The notes: generated from the letters alone by a model not told the origin. DNA of 40,805 nucleotides from a virus (IMGVR_UViG_3300027819_000026:1-40805); one strand, 5' to 3'; shown: positions 1-8,588, numbered from the stretch's first letter. Program-made: numbers and translations.

Positions 1-1
1 T

Positions 2-424
2 GCGTTTGACAACTTTGAACCAAACTACGGAGAGCCGTTTTGTCCCAAATGCAAAGGAACACTTGTTCCTTTTGAAGATATTAAAGACTCCGATCAATTC
101 ATCCCATATACACAATATAGCGCAAAGGAGTTTGGTTGCGAGAACTGCAAAGTGTTCCTTGATGGACACCATTGTTTCCCAGAAGAGCCATTAGGCCATA
201 CCTACCACGCGGAGGGCTACAAGCTTTCCCTTGGTTCAAGCAATGATGTTTGGATCATTAAGTCACCTTTCTTCACCTACGCACAGTTTTGCTCGCCATG
301 CGCTCCGGGCGCATGTTACCTAGGTAATCCACTAGACACTGCGGTTGAAGCAAACAAATGCTATTGCCTTGACCCAGAATGGTTCGAAGGCGGTAAAGCT
401 CCCTACACAGTTTATTCAACCTAA
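2..424 (+). CDS. Cys-rich (zinc-binding) hypothetical protein, 5'-truncated by the window edge
   Basis: Frame of ORF 152..424 is open from base 2 (AFDNFEPNYGEPFCPKCKG...GCENCKV...), giving CPKC/CENC plus FCSPCAPGAC. Confidence 0.75.
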   Translation, partial: AFDNFEPNYGEPFCPKCKGTLVPFEDIKDSDQFIPYTQYSAKEFGCENCKVFLDGHHCFPEEPLGHTYHAEGYKLSLGSSNDVWIIKSPFFTYAQFCSPCAPGACYLGNPLDTAVEANKCYCLDPEWFEGGKAPYTVYST

Positions 425-436
425 AACAAAAACACC

Positions 437-709
437 ATGCAAACACAAGGTCAAACCATGAAACGTCACCGAATTGCTTCTAACCAGACAGAACAGCGTT
501 TTGGAAATGTTACTGTCTGCTACAGCTATTGGACACCTGTAGCAATACACGCAAACGGGACAACGTTTTTCACGGAACATTACTACAGTCCTACAACTTC
601 GCAACACCTTAACAAAGCCAAGCTGCGGTATGGTGGCTTGCTTCGCGAGATAACACAAGCCAAGCTTAACGACAAAGTTGCAAAACTCAAAAACCGAGCA
701 ACCAAATGA
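437..709 (+). CDS. hypothetical phage early protein (SYxTPVA...YSxTTSxH type)
   Basis: A/C-rich leader; ATGA overlap with next gene; start could be 458. Confidence 0.7.
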   Translation: MQTQGQTMKRHRIASNQTEQRFGNVTVCYSYWTPVAIHANGTTFFTEHYYSPTTSQHLNKAKLRYGGLLREITQAKLNDKVAKLKNRATK

Positions 710-903
710 AACCTCAGCAAACCAAAATTAAAAGAATAATTCTTGAGATTGGTGTCCAGAATCAATGGATTTGCGTAGTTAACAATCCGTTTTCAACCGA
801 ACAAGAAATTGAAATCGTTGCGAAAGAAGTCTGTCCAAAAAACCGCCGTATTGCTGAAGCTAGTGTTGATAACTATGGAACAGCCTTAATCCGACTTTTT
901 TAA
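706..903 (+). CDS. hypothetical protein
   Basis: ATGA-coupled to the upstream gene; tight packing. Confidence 0.65.
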   Translation: MKPQQTKIKRIILEIGVQNQWICVVNNPFSTEQEIEIVAKEVCPKNRRIAEASVDNYGTALIRLF

Positions 904-916
904 CAACCACAACCAA

Positions 917-1240
917 ATGAAACAACTTACTAGCAAACAAGCATTTTCGGTTCTTGCGTTTTGGTTTGACTATTACGCAAGGACAGGAAGGCATGTAACT
1001 ATTTTTCTCGAAACAATGAAAAAGGACTTCGTTGCAACCCATATGGGAATTTGCCGAGGGCTTTATCTATTGATGTTTTTGAGTTTACTAGACACAACAA
1101 ATCAGGAAATATGTGACAACCTATTACATGACTGTTCATCAGTGCGAACGGGATATTTCTGGCCACCGACACGAGGATTTGCAGCAATGCGGGCGAAGCT
1201 TTGTCGCGAATTAGCGGCGCAAACCGTTAGTGCGCAATAG
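917..1240 (+). CDS. hypothetical protein
   Basis: ATG after A/C-rich leader CAACCACAACCAA; tight packing. Confidence 0.6.
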   Translation: MKQLTSKQAFSVLAFWFDYYARTGRHVTIFLETMKKDFVATHMGICRGLYLLMFLSLLDTTNQEICDNLLHDCSSVRTGYFWPPTRGFAAMRAKLCRELAAQTVSAQ

Positions 1241-1264
1241 GTTGCGAAAGCTTGAAAATAGACG

Positions 1265-1292
1265 TTGACACTATCGCACAAAGCCGTATGTT
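1265..1292 (+). promoter_or_regulatory. sigma70-like promoter TTGACA-N16-TATGTT
   Basis: Perfect -35 at 1265-1270, TATGTT at 1287-1292, 6 nt before the HTH gene ATG; inverted repeat CGCAA-N4-TTGCG at 1233-1246. Confidence 0.6.
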
Positions 1293-1298
1293 CCTTCC

Positions 1299-1490
1299 AT
1301 GCTCAAGACCGATTTCTTCGCTGTCCAGCTTCGTGCTACGCGGCGTGTTGTCGGTCTGTCTCAATCTCAGCTTTGCAAGCGACTTGGCTGGCCATTGCGC
1401 ACCCTTCAATCGTGGGAGCAAGGTCAACGTCAACCCAAACTAGTTTTTCAGCAATTCATCCTCAAACAAATCTCTCAGCTAAAACCATGA
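1299..1490 (+). CDS. XRE/Cro-family helix-turn-helix regulator
   Basis: LRATRRVVGLSQSQLCKRLGWPLRTLQSWEQGQRQP matches the XRE pattern (GLSQxxLAxxLG...xxWExGxRxP). Confidence 0.88.
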   Translation: MLKTDFFAVQLRATRRVVGLSQSQLCKRLGWPLRTLQSWEQGQRQPKLVFQQFILKQISQLKP

Positions 1491-1737
1491 TTGCAACTAC
1501 CCTGGCAGAAGCCGTAAGAGAGTTTCGTGACAAGTTCTCTCAGATTCAATGGAGCAACGAACCAAAAAACGAAATAACTTACAATTTCGAAGACAGAGTT
1601 TACATCGCAAAACTTAAGGGAAGGAACCGTGATTTATTACTTGGTTACGGTCCAGACGCCGACAAAGCAGTTGCAGCCAGAACGTTTTTGGATGGTCATG
1701 CGAATCTTGTATAAAAATCAACCAGCTAAAACCATGA
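1476..1737 (+). repeat. 15-bp exact direct repeat CAGCTAAAACCATGA (1476-1490 and 1723-1737)
   Basis: Both copies read directly; each contains a start codon of consecutive genes. Confidence 0.85.
1487..1714 (+). CDS. hypothetical protein (MIATTLAEAV...)
   Basis: ATG 1487 overlaps the HTH stop (ATGA); the longer start at 1265 overlaps the promoter and HTH gene and is unlikely. Confidence 0.65.
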   Translation: MIATTLAEAVREFRDKFSQIQWSNEPKNEITYNFEDRVYIAKLKGRNRDLLLGYGPDADKAVAARTFLDGHANLV

Positions 1738-1928
1738 ATGCACAACATCGAATCAACAAAAGACAAAATCGGTTACGACATATAAAACGCAAAATTGCCT
1801 ACTTTGCGCATAATCTTTTATCGGTTTCACAAGACTGCCCTAATGCGACTCGCTTTCGTGAAGAGTTGTCTTGTTGGTCAAAGCGGCTAATTCACGTTGA
1901 CAACAACCAAAACAACCGCTACTTTTAA
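1734..1928 (+). CDS. basic hypothetical protein (MNAQHRINK...)
   Basis: AAAACCATG start context within the repeat. Confidence 0.55.
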   Translation: MNAQHRINKRQNRLRHIKRKIAYFAHNLLSVSQDCPNATRFREELSCWSKRLIHVDNNQNNRYF

Positions 1929-1981
1929 CCAGACCATAACGGTCTAATCAGTCAACCAAAACAAAACAAAAAGGTCAAAAC

Positions 1982-2530
1982 ATGAAGAAAATCGAAAAAG
2001 TCATATTGGGATTCAAAGTCAATGTTGGATTTTACGAATCCATCGCTGAAGCAAACAAGGCCGCGAACGATGAAGGCCAGCTCGCATTGCATCATCTGAA
2101 CCAACACTTACTCGCTCTCGGCACGTCTGCGGAAGCCGGCCAGACAATTGCAGAAGTTGTCGAACAAGCAACCGCTACGCAACGTGAGCGAAACAACACC
2201 GGCAAGGTCACAGAAAGCCCAGAAAAGTTCCTTGGTCGTGTCAAGGACAAGTTCACCGCGAATGCCCTACAGGCCAAAGTGACCGAAGCGACGACAAACT
2301 TGGCCGTCGATATTCGTCCCGTCGCAAAGGGCAAGGTCAATGCAGAAGACTTGGCTCTGGTCAACGGCTTGACTCCGACCGCAAAGGCTAACTTGATCCG
2401 AGAGAGCAAGAAGCAAGGTCTTGTCATTAATGAGAATGACACAACCTCGTTGGCCAAGGCCGTCAAGGTTATCAAAGAGCGTATTGCCCAGGCTGCAATC
2501 ACCGCTGCAATGGCAAAATTGATCGGCTAA
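1982..2530 (+). CDS. hypothetical protein, Ala/Lys-rich helical
   Basis: 182-aa ORF after a long A-rich leader. Confidence 0.8.
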   Translation: MKKIEKVILGFKVNVGFYESIAEANKAANDEGQLALHHLNQHLLALGTSAEAGQTIAEVVEQATATQRERNNTGKVTESPEKFLGRVKDKFTANALQAKVTEATTNLAVDIRPVAKGKVNAEDLALVNGLTPTAKANLIRESKKQGLVINENDTTSLAKAVKVIKERIAQAAITAAMAKLIG

Positions 2531-2538
2531 CATGACTT

Positions 2539-2714
2539 GTGGCAACTACAATGAGCGAAAATGCTGGCATTGACTCTAGAGAATATGTGCAGCGCGACGA
2601 CTTGTGGTTGCCGCTTCTTTTGGTCCCGCATTAACCTTGTGAGACCAAAAGAGGTTCATTTCGAAGTAGGCGAAATCGCCGAAACGAAAACGGTATGTTC
2701 AGTTAACACTGAGC
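2539..2714 (+). ncRNA. putative structured RNA (array of hairpins)
   Basis: Helices 2539-2551/2602-2614 (13 bp, 2 G-U), 2615-2625/2643-2653, 2669-2680 and 2697-2714; the imperfect pairs are mostly G-U on the + strand. Confidence 0.5.
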
Positions 2715-2721
2715 CACAAAC

Positions 2722-2760
2722 GCTCTAGACCGTAAGAGCCTCCTAGAGCAGTCTTTTTTC
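2722..2760 (+). terminator. putative intrinsic terminator
   Basis: GCTCTAG (2722-2728)/CTAGAGC (2743-2749) followed by AGTCTTTTTT. Confidence 0.5.
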
Positions 2761-2761
2761 C

Positions 2762-3295
2762 ATGTATAACACGTCTCCAATTGATGGTAACTTGCCATAT
2801 CGCAAGCGCGAAGCTTACTTTCGTCGGTTCGAAGCTGCGATTGCAGCAATCGTCGTAGAATTCCCGAAAGCAGTTACCATTCGCCCGACAGGAATGTCCG
2901 TTGTAACATACGCAAATGGGCTACGTGACGCATGGACAAGTTACGCCGCAAACCATTGGCCAACTGATAAGATTGACCAAAGCAAGTTTGACGCCGCCGA
3001 GCACTACGGAAAGGATGTTTGTCATACAAATGACGGACTAATCCAAGTTCGATTCGGTCTTAGCAATCGGCGAACGCTAGTTTCTCCATTAGCCGAGCTT
3101 GTAGTTAACCCAAACGATAAGTCTGCTATTCAATTCGCAGAACCAACTTGTCTTGCGGACTTGCAAAAGCTGGTTGCAATCAACCTACCGGTTTTTCTTC
3201 GAACCAACAAATTCAACTCTGCAATCGAACAGGTTGCGGACGTGGTTGTTGTTGAACACAAAGACACAAGCGGTAAGTATTGGGAAGTTAAATAA
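2762..3295 (+). CDS. hypothetical protein
   Basis: 177-aa ATG ORF in the early cluster. Confidence 0.75.
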   Translation: MYNTSPIDGNLPYRKREAYFRRFEAAIAAIVVEFPKAVTIRPTGMSVVTYANGLRDAWTSYAANHWPTDKIDQSKFDAAEHYGKDVCHTNDGLIQVRFGLSNRRTLVSPLAELVVNPNDKSAIQFAEPTCLADLQKLVAINLPVFLRTNKFNSAIEQVADVVVVEHKDTSGKYWEVK

Positions 3296-3309
3296 AAGGA
3301 TACTGAATT

Positions 3310-3504
3310 GTGAATGACGAAGACATGAAACAAGTAGCAAGGCAGATTCAAGAAGCTGCCAACAAAGCGCAAGAAGCTGCCGACCGAATAGAAGTGGCAG
3401 CGTTCAAAATTACAATGTTGCTAGAAAACGGCTATGGTGGAAACGGACTACGATTGATTGAAGCCCTTGAAGACGCCAAAGTTAATAAGCCGCATAACAA
3501 ATGA
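3310..3504 (+). CDS. small coiled-coil hypothetical protein
   Basis: QEAANKAQEAADR repeat; ATGA overlap downstream. Confidence 0.7.
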   Translation: MNDEDMKQVARQIQEAANKAQEAADRIEVAAFKITMLLENGYGGNGLRLIEALEDAKVNKPHNK

Positions 3505-3701
3505 AACCTTTAAAAGATACTGACTTAATGCCGTTTGGTCCATTCAAAGGAAAAGAAATGCAATATGTTTCAGCTCCTCATCTTTATTGGCTCTGGACTA
3601 GTGGGCTATCCGGTGACGTTGCAACTAGCCCAGTTGCAGCATACATTTACAACAACCTAGAAGGCCTGAAGCAAGAATTTCCCTCAAAGGGATGGGATTA
3701 A
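3501..3701 (+). CDS. DUF3820-like (MPFGKxKG motif) protein
   Basis: LMPFGPFKGKEMQYVSAPHLYWL fits the MPFGKHKG..P..YL.W pattern. Confidence 0.8.
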   Translation: MKPLKDTDLMPFGPFKGKEMQYVSAPHLYWLWTSGLSGDVATSPVAAYIYNNLEGLKQEFPSKGWD

Positions 3702-3705
3702 CTTC

Positions 3706-3900
3706 ATGCCCACCAACCCGCTAGCCTCGTTGTGTCCAAACCCAGTCGCAACAATGGACCGTAGCACGTTGCTAGAACACGTTCGCACAATTCGAGCCAA
3801 ACGAGAAGCGGTTCAACCCTTCTCAAAACGCCCTTCAGTTGTAAAGGCACGAAAGCAAACGGAGCAAAGCGAACTAAACTTGTTCTTAGAGAGTCTATAA
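3706..3900 (+). CDS. hypothetical protein
   Basis: Fills the gap exactly between neighbours. Confidence 0.7.
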   Translation: MPTNPLASLCPNPVATMDRSTLLEHVRTIRAKREAVQPFSKRPSVVKARKQTEQSELNLFLESL

Positions 3901-3901
3901 A

Positions 3902-4864
3902 ATGCAACCTCTTGAATCCATCCTAATGTCTGGTTGTCTTTTTGTTGACAACTCCATGCTTGAAACCTTGCGAGAATGCCCACGCAAGTTCTTTCATCAG
4001 TATGTCTTGCATCGAACCAAACCACAAGATGCACTTCGGCGTGGGACAATCCTCCATAGGTTGCTAGAGTGTCGCTACTCTAAAGTGTTACACAATCGAG
4101 TCACGCCAGAACTAGAAGCTGAGCAAGTAACGTTGCTTGAACAGCTTTGGAACGAGACAACCTGGAATGATCCAGAAGACCTACGAAACAGCCTCTCGCA
4201 CTTGCTTGAGTTGTTTATCGTGCGGTATAATCAAATTTACACTGAAGAATCGTTTCAGATTGCAACCATAAACGGTAAACCCGCCGTTGAACTACCATTT
4301 GTTTATGAATTCGGTTCTTTTAAGCTTCGTGGCCAAACCATTCGAGTGTTTTACTGCGGCAAAATCGACATGGTTGTAAAGGAAAACAACAAGCTTTGGA
4401 TTGTGGACTTCAAGTCAACCTCAAACCTTGGTTCGACATTTTTTGACGACAAGAACAGTAGTTCACAGTTTGTAGGCTACATTACCGGAATACAGCAAAC
4501 AACTGGCCAAACTTGCACGGGAGTAATGATCCACGCTGTTCGAACAAGCACTCCTCCGATGAAGCCACGAGGCCAAACGCTTGACCAATGGTGGAGAAGT
4601 AGCTTTGAGCGAGACTCAACCCATATCTACGAATGGCAACTTGTCGAATGGCAGCGTCAAACCACAGAGCTACTCAACTGGCTCTTTTGGCTGGCAGAAC
4701 GTGATACTTGGACTGAATTCAGGACTAGTTGTGTCGGCAAGTTCGGAGCTTGTATGTTCAAGCCGGTTTGTGATACAGTCCCTGGTTTAGACAAGGACGA
4801 ACTGCTTGCATCAACCAACTACACGCACAATGACTTTACACCCTTAAGAAAGGTCAACCCATGA
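3902..4864 (+). CDS. PD-(D/E)XK nuclease, Cas4/AddB-like with 4-Cys cluster
   Basis: N-terminal SMLETLRECPRKF, RGTILH, GKID...IVDFKS, QFVGY, C-terminal C-x6-C-x5-C. Confidence 0.9.
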   Translation: MQPLESILMSGCLFVDNSMLETLRECPRKFFHQYVLHRTKPQDALRRGTILHRLLECRYSKVLHNRVTPELEAEQVTLLEQLWNETTWNDPEDLRNSLSHLLELFIVRYNQIYTEESFQIATINGKPAVELPFVYEFGSFKLRGQTIRVFYCGKIDMVVKENNKLWIVDFKSTSNLGSTFFDDKNSSSQFVGYITGIQQTTGQTCTGVMIHAVRTSTPPMKPRGQTLDQWWRSSFERDSTHIYEWQLVEWQRQTTELLNWLFWLAERDTWTEFRTSCVGKFGACMFKPVCDTVPGLDKDELLASTNYTHNDFTPLRKVNP

Positions 4865-5118
4865 CTACGCTTACAAAAGAAGCAATCAACTCAAACAATC
4901 CTCGTAGGATTCGCGCACGGCTTAAAACCGTAGAACAACGCTTGGACCGACTTGTCATACAAGGTGAAAACAGAGTAAACAGCGAAGCCATTAGACGCAT
5001 CTACCTTGCAGATGCTGAAGAAGCTCGGCTTGACATTGACGAACTTGAATTTGCGTTAGTGACCAAGCCGGAATTTTCTATTGTCGAACTAAACCAATTC
5101 CTTGAAAACCTAAGATGA
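4861..5118 (+). CDS. hypothetical protein
   Basis: ATGA-coupled on both sides. Confidence 0.7.
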   Translation: MTTLTKEAINSNNPRRIRARLKTVEQRLDRLVIQGENRVNSEAIRRIYLADAEEARLDIDELEFALVTKPEFSIVELNQFLENLR

Positions 5119-5396
5119 TCCATTCACTCTTGCAAGAAGCCAGTGACTTAATTACAGAAGACCGCCGTGATGCCTACGGGCCTTATAGCATAGAAGCGAC
5201 TAAACTGGCCATACTTTGGTCTGCAATCCTTGGTGTTAATATCCCTCCTCACAAAATCCCGTTGTGCATGATCCTTTTAAAGCTTGTGCGTGAAACAAAC
5301 AAACATCAACGTGACAACCTTTGTGACATTGCTGGATATACGGCTTTGGCTTCAGACCTTTTTGAGGAAACAGAACAACCAACAGACAAAATATGA
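5115..5396 (+). CDS. DUF6378-like phage protein
   Basis: EAxxLIxxDRxxxYG...LWS...MILLKLVR...DNxxDIAGY signature. Confidence 0.8.
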   Translation: MIHSLLQEASDLITEDRRDAYGPYSIEATKLAILWSAILGVNIPPHKIPLCMILLKLVRETNKHQRDNLCDIAGYTALASDLFEETEQPTDKI

Positions 5397-5599
5397 CTTC
5401 AACCGAACGAACGATTTTAAGCGTTAAACTCAGTCGGTTTGAATTCTTAAAGGTCATTGAGCTAGGGCTAAAAGAACTAAGACCAAGACTCTTAGGTTAT
5501 GCCATTGATGACTATCGGATTTTGAATTCGCTTGATCCTTACGTCCAAGTAGATTTTGTTTTAACACTCCCAACTTGCTCTACGGAGCAACCTAAATGA
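5393..5599 (+). CDS. hypothetical protein
   Basis: ATGA-coupled on both sides. Confidence 0.65.
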   Translation: MTSTERTILSVKLSRFEFLKVIELGLKELRPRLLGYAIDDYRILNSLDPYVQVDFVLTLPTCSTEQPK

Positions 5600-6384
5600 A
5601 ATTCATCCGAGAAGGCAGGTTTGGGCCACCGTTTTCCTGGAAAACTGGTGCGGCTGGCACTTATCCCAAGCCAATGTTATTTTTTTGTCATGACTCTGGT
5701 GGACTAGATATCATAACTGACTATCCCATAACATGGATTTCTCCTTGTGGTTACAACCCAACAGAAACACCTAAGTTTGAACCCGGTTCACTTGCAGAGG
5801 CTTGCATGAAGAAGCCGGAAGAGCTGCCTCCGATCACAGCAATTGATTTTTCAGTCTTGAACCGGCTTCCACTTGAAACTCTTTACCGGCCAACACCAGA
5901 CAAGGACACGTTTGAAGCTGTGACTGAGAGCCTTAACCTTATACTCAAGTTGTGTCCTTGGAAGACATTTGTTTATGACCATATAACCGGACTAAGCGAC
6001 TGCATCTATGGACACCAAGCCGTAAAGAATGCTGCCGAGCTTGTTGATGCTAGAAAGTGGGCAGGTAAGATCGGTCTTAAGGTAGATCAAATCATCAAAC
6101 GGGCTTGTCAATTTCAGTGTCACACAGTGTTCTTGTTCCACAGCGAAAACGTGCAAAACGAAGACACTAAAGAAGCCGCTGAACGTCCAATGCTTTACAG
6201 CAAGCTTCGAGACTTTGTTGGCGCACGTTTCAGTCAATTCTTTTACGCCTACACTGAAGGTCAAAAAGCCTACGTCCGAACCCAACCACACGGCTTAATC
6301 AAAGGCATTGGCGCACGTTGGCCTCTTGGTCTTCCCGCCGTTTGCAAAGCTGATTACAAATCAATTTATGAAACCAACTATTAA
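5596..6384 (+). CDS. AAA_24/Sak4-like P-loop ATPase (putative recombinase/annealase)
   Basis: Walker-A-like GPPFSWKT, Walker-B-like TFVYDHIT, hhhhH (VFLFH); located between a Cas4-like nuclease and an SSB-like gene. Confidence 0.72.
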   Translation: MKFIREGRFGPPFSWKTGAAGTYPKPMLFFCHDSGGLDIITDYPITWISPCGYNPTETPKFEPGSLAEACMKKPEELPPITAIDFSVLNRLPLETLYRPTPDKDTFEAVTESLNLILKLCPWKTFVYDHITGLSDCIYGHQAVKNAAELVDARKWAGKIGLKVDQIIKRACQFQCHTVFLFHSENVQNEDTKEAAERPMLYSKLRDFVGARFSQFFYAYTEGQKAYVRTQPHGLIKGIGARWPLGLPAVCKADYKSIYETNY

Positions 6385-6407
6385 CTAACAAAACAAACAA
6401 AGGAAAC

Positions 6408-6758
6408 ATGCAATCATTAAAACAAGCAACAATCAAAGAAATCATCACAATTCTTCCAAAAGAAGTGACCATTGAGGAAGAAACATCGACAAGCACGATG
6501 TTTAAAGCCTTAAAACTCAAGTTCGAATCTGGAACGTTTCTCGCGTTTGCCGCGGGTTCGTCTTATTCCGAGTTCGTCATAAGCATTTTGAAGCCCAAAG
6601 AATTCAAAACCAAGTTCCGACTCTCAGCAACCGTTGACGACTGTAAGCTTGAGAAGGAGTTTGATAGTCAAGAAGAAGCAGAAACCTATGTGCAGGATAA
6701 GAAAGAAACCTTGCCTTTGACCGACATTGCAATAACCCCATTCCAAGTTGAAGTTTAA
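6408..6758 (+). CDS. hypothetical protein
   Basis: AAGGAAAC-ATG start; 116 aa. Confidence 0.75.
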   Translation: MQSLKQATIKEIITILPKEVTIEEETSTSTMFKALKLKFESGTFLAFAAGSSYSEFVISILKPKEFKTKFRLSATVDDCKLEKEFDSQEEAETYVQDKKETLPLTDIAITPFQVEV

Positions 6759-6823
6759 ACCCAGCTTTCGATTCACGAAACAGCGTGCAGACTGAATCTG
6801 CAAAAGTCAAAACCATAAAACCA

Positions 6824-7366
6824 ATGAATGATCTAGATCAAGACCCATTCGCGGACACATCACCAGCTAATGAATACAACAAACCTGCTACACCTGACCA
6901 AGTTTCGGCTGAAGACGTAGCCTCTTCTACTGAAACAGACTTGTTCGACTGTGACGTTAGCAACATCGACACTCGCCGCGATGTTATTGCTCCTTGCAAT
7001 GTCAACCTTCGTGTTGGCGAAGCCGAAGTCAAAAACAGCGAGCAAAAAGAGAACAGCCGTGGGTTACATATCACCTGGGAAACCCTCAATGACACTCAAG
7101 GCACCGAAGGCCAAACCCTTCCAACCGGTTTCAAGTTCCGGGAATATTATCACTTGACTCCGACTGAAAAGATGCCAAAGCGCAACATCGTCCGCAACAT
7201 CGGTTTGATGTTCAAGGGACTTCAATTGCAAGGAGACCCTAATCAGTTTCTTCACAACACAAAGCTGCTTTGTGGCAAAGTAGGCCGAGCCAAAATCGGC
7301 ATCAAGAAAGCCAGTGACGAGTTCGAAGAGTCTAACAAGGTCAATGCTTGGCTCTTGAAGGAGTAA
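6824..7366 (+). CDS. putative ssDNA-binding protein (DUF669-like OB fold)
   Basis: Acidic N-terminal tail (DPF), beta-strand pattern, LxGKxxxAKI...E.N.V ending; position after Sak4-like ATPase; ATG 6824 preferred over GTG 6785. Confidence 0.6.
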   Translation: MNDLDQDPFADTSPANEYNKPATPDQVSAEDVASSTETDLFDCDVSNIDTRRDVIAPCNVNLRVGEAEVKNSEQKENSRGLHITWETLNDTQGTEGQTLPTGFKFREYYHLTPTEKMPKRNIVRNIGLMFKGLQLQGDPNQFLHNTKLLCGKVGRAKIGIKKASDEFEESNKVNAWLLKE

Positions 7367-7409
7367 GTTCACGTTCCGCACAGGACACGCTGTAAGGCCC
7401 GCTCGGAGA

Positions 7410-7667
7410 ATGGCCGAGCAAAATTTCTTTGAACCTCGTATGTTAAAAAGAGTAAACCTACAATGGACTTCTCGGCTTAGAGAATTACTAGACGCGAACC
7501 TACCAATTGACGAAACTACTGGTTACAATCCAGCAATAAAATGGCTAGTTGCTGAGTTGTCATGTAGAAACAGACCATACAAACTTTACCAACTCGGAGC
7601 AGGCGTAAAGCGTATCACGACAGAAACGGAAAACTGTCCGTTTTGTAAGAAGCGATTAGACGCCTAA
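7410..7667 (+). CDS. hypothetical protein with C-terminal CxxC
   Basis: LGAGVKRIT...CPFC; start may be 7440. Confidence 0.7.
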   Translation: MAEQNFFEPRMLKRVNLQWTSRLRELLDANLPIDETTGYNPAIKWLVAELSCRNRPYKLYQLGAGVKRITTETENCPFCKKRLDA

Positions 7668-7671
7668 CTAT

Positions 7672-8235
7672 ATGACAATGCTATTCGACTGTGAAACAAC
7701 TGGCAAAGCCAACTTCAAGCTTCCGCCTACAGACAACTCTCAGCCAAGGCTTGTGCAACTTGCTTGTCAAGTCTTTGCTTCAAACAACATTCGCCCGTTG
7801 CATTCATTTTGCTACATCGTCAAACCAGAAGGCTTTGAAATCCCTCTTGAAGCTTCAAACATTCATGGCATAACTACTGACCTTGCAACTCAAGTCGGTG
7901 TAAACATTAACTGGCTAATCAAGTCCTTCAACGGCTTCCTTCAAACCGCAACTTTGCTAGTTGCCCACAATGCTGTTTTTGATGTTCTCATAATGAACAA
8001 CGAGCTTCAGCGAAAAGGGCTTGAAGCCATTAAAGTCCCTATATTCTGCACCATGCAAGTCATGACTTTGATTTGCAACCTACCGGGCAAGTTTGGCAAA
8101 CCAAAATGGCCAAAACTTTCCGAGGCTTACAAGTATGTTACAGGCAAAGACCCAGAACATACACATGACGCTCTTGAAGACTTGAAATCAACAAAGGTAG
8201 TTTTTGACTACTTGCATTCCAGCAAAACAATCTAA
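7672..8235 (+). CDS. DEDDh 3'-5' exonuclease (DnaQ/epsilon-like)
   Basis: FDCETTG (ExoI), IHGIT, AHNAVFD (ExoII), HDALED (ExoIII). Confidence 0.93.
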   Translation: MTMLFDCETTGKANFKLPPTDNSQPRLVQLACQVFASNNIRPLHSFCYIVKPEGFEIPLEASNIHGITTDLATQVGVNINWLIKSFNGFLQTATLLVAHNAVFDVLIMNNELQRKGLEAIKVPIFCTMQVMTLICNLPGKFGKPKWPKLSEAYKYVTGKDPEHTHDALEDLKSTKVVFDYLHSSKTI

Positions 8236-8250
8236 CCTAACACAACCCTT

Positions 8251-8577
8251 ATGCCAACTCCTTCTCCAGAAGAGCGTCATCACGCTCTCGCCAAGGTTTC
8301 TAAAATTCTTGAAAGCAAGAATGTTCTACAACCTCTGCAAGGCACTCCCGAACAAGCCTTATTAGACCGTCTTCAAGCTAAGGTCTTGGCTGTTGCTGCA
8401 ATTCATCGACCAGTTGTAATCGCAGTCGGTTTCGTTAATGACACAAACCTACGCATACCAATTGCAAAAGACTTGCTAAACCAGTTAAGTGAATTCACTT
8501 ACGATGAGCTGCTTGTTTTGCAAGCTTTGTTCGCTACAAACGTTGTGTTAGATCGTTTAAGGGGAACCAGTCTTTAA
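8251..8577 (+). CDS. hypothetical protein
   Basis: 108-aa ATG ORF, tight packing. Confidence 0.7.
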   Translation: MPTPSPEERHHALAKVSKILESKNVLQPLQGTPEQALLDRLQAKVLAVAAIHRPVVIAVGFVNDTNLRIPIAKDLLNQLSEFTYDELLVLQALFATNVVLDRLRGTSL

Positions 8578-8588
8578 TTCTTGTTAAC

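Noticed and set aside
1265-1486. Long N-terminal extension of ORF 1265..1714
   Set aside because: Overlaps the promoter and the clear HTH gene; ATG 1487 fits ATGA coupling
2655-2700. Hammerhead-like GGCG-AAAT-CGCC-GAAAC
   Set aside because: The required CUGANGA core is absent (reads UCGAAGUA) and no stem III/cleavage triplet fits
3902-4864. CRISPR-Cas system suggested by the Cas4-like gene
   Set aside because: No repeat-spacer array or other cas genes; solo Cas4-like nucleases are common in phages
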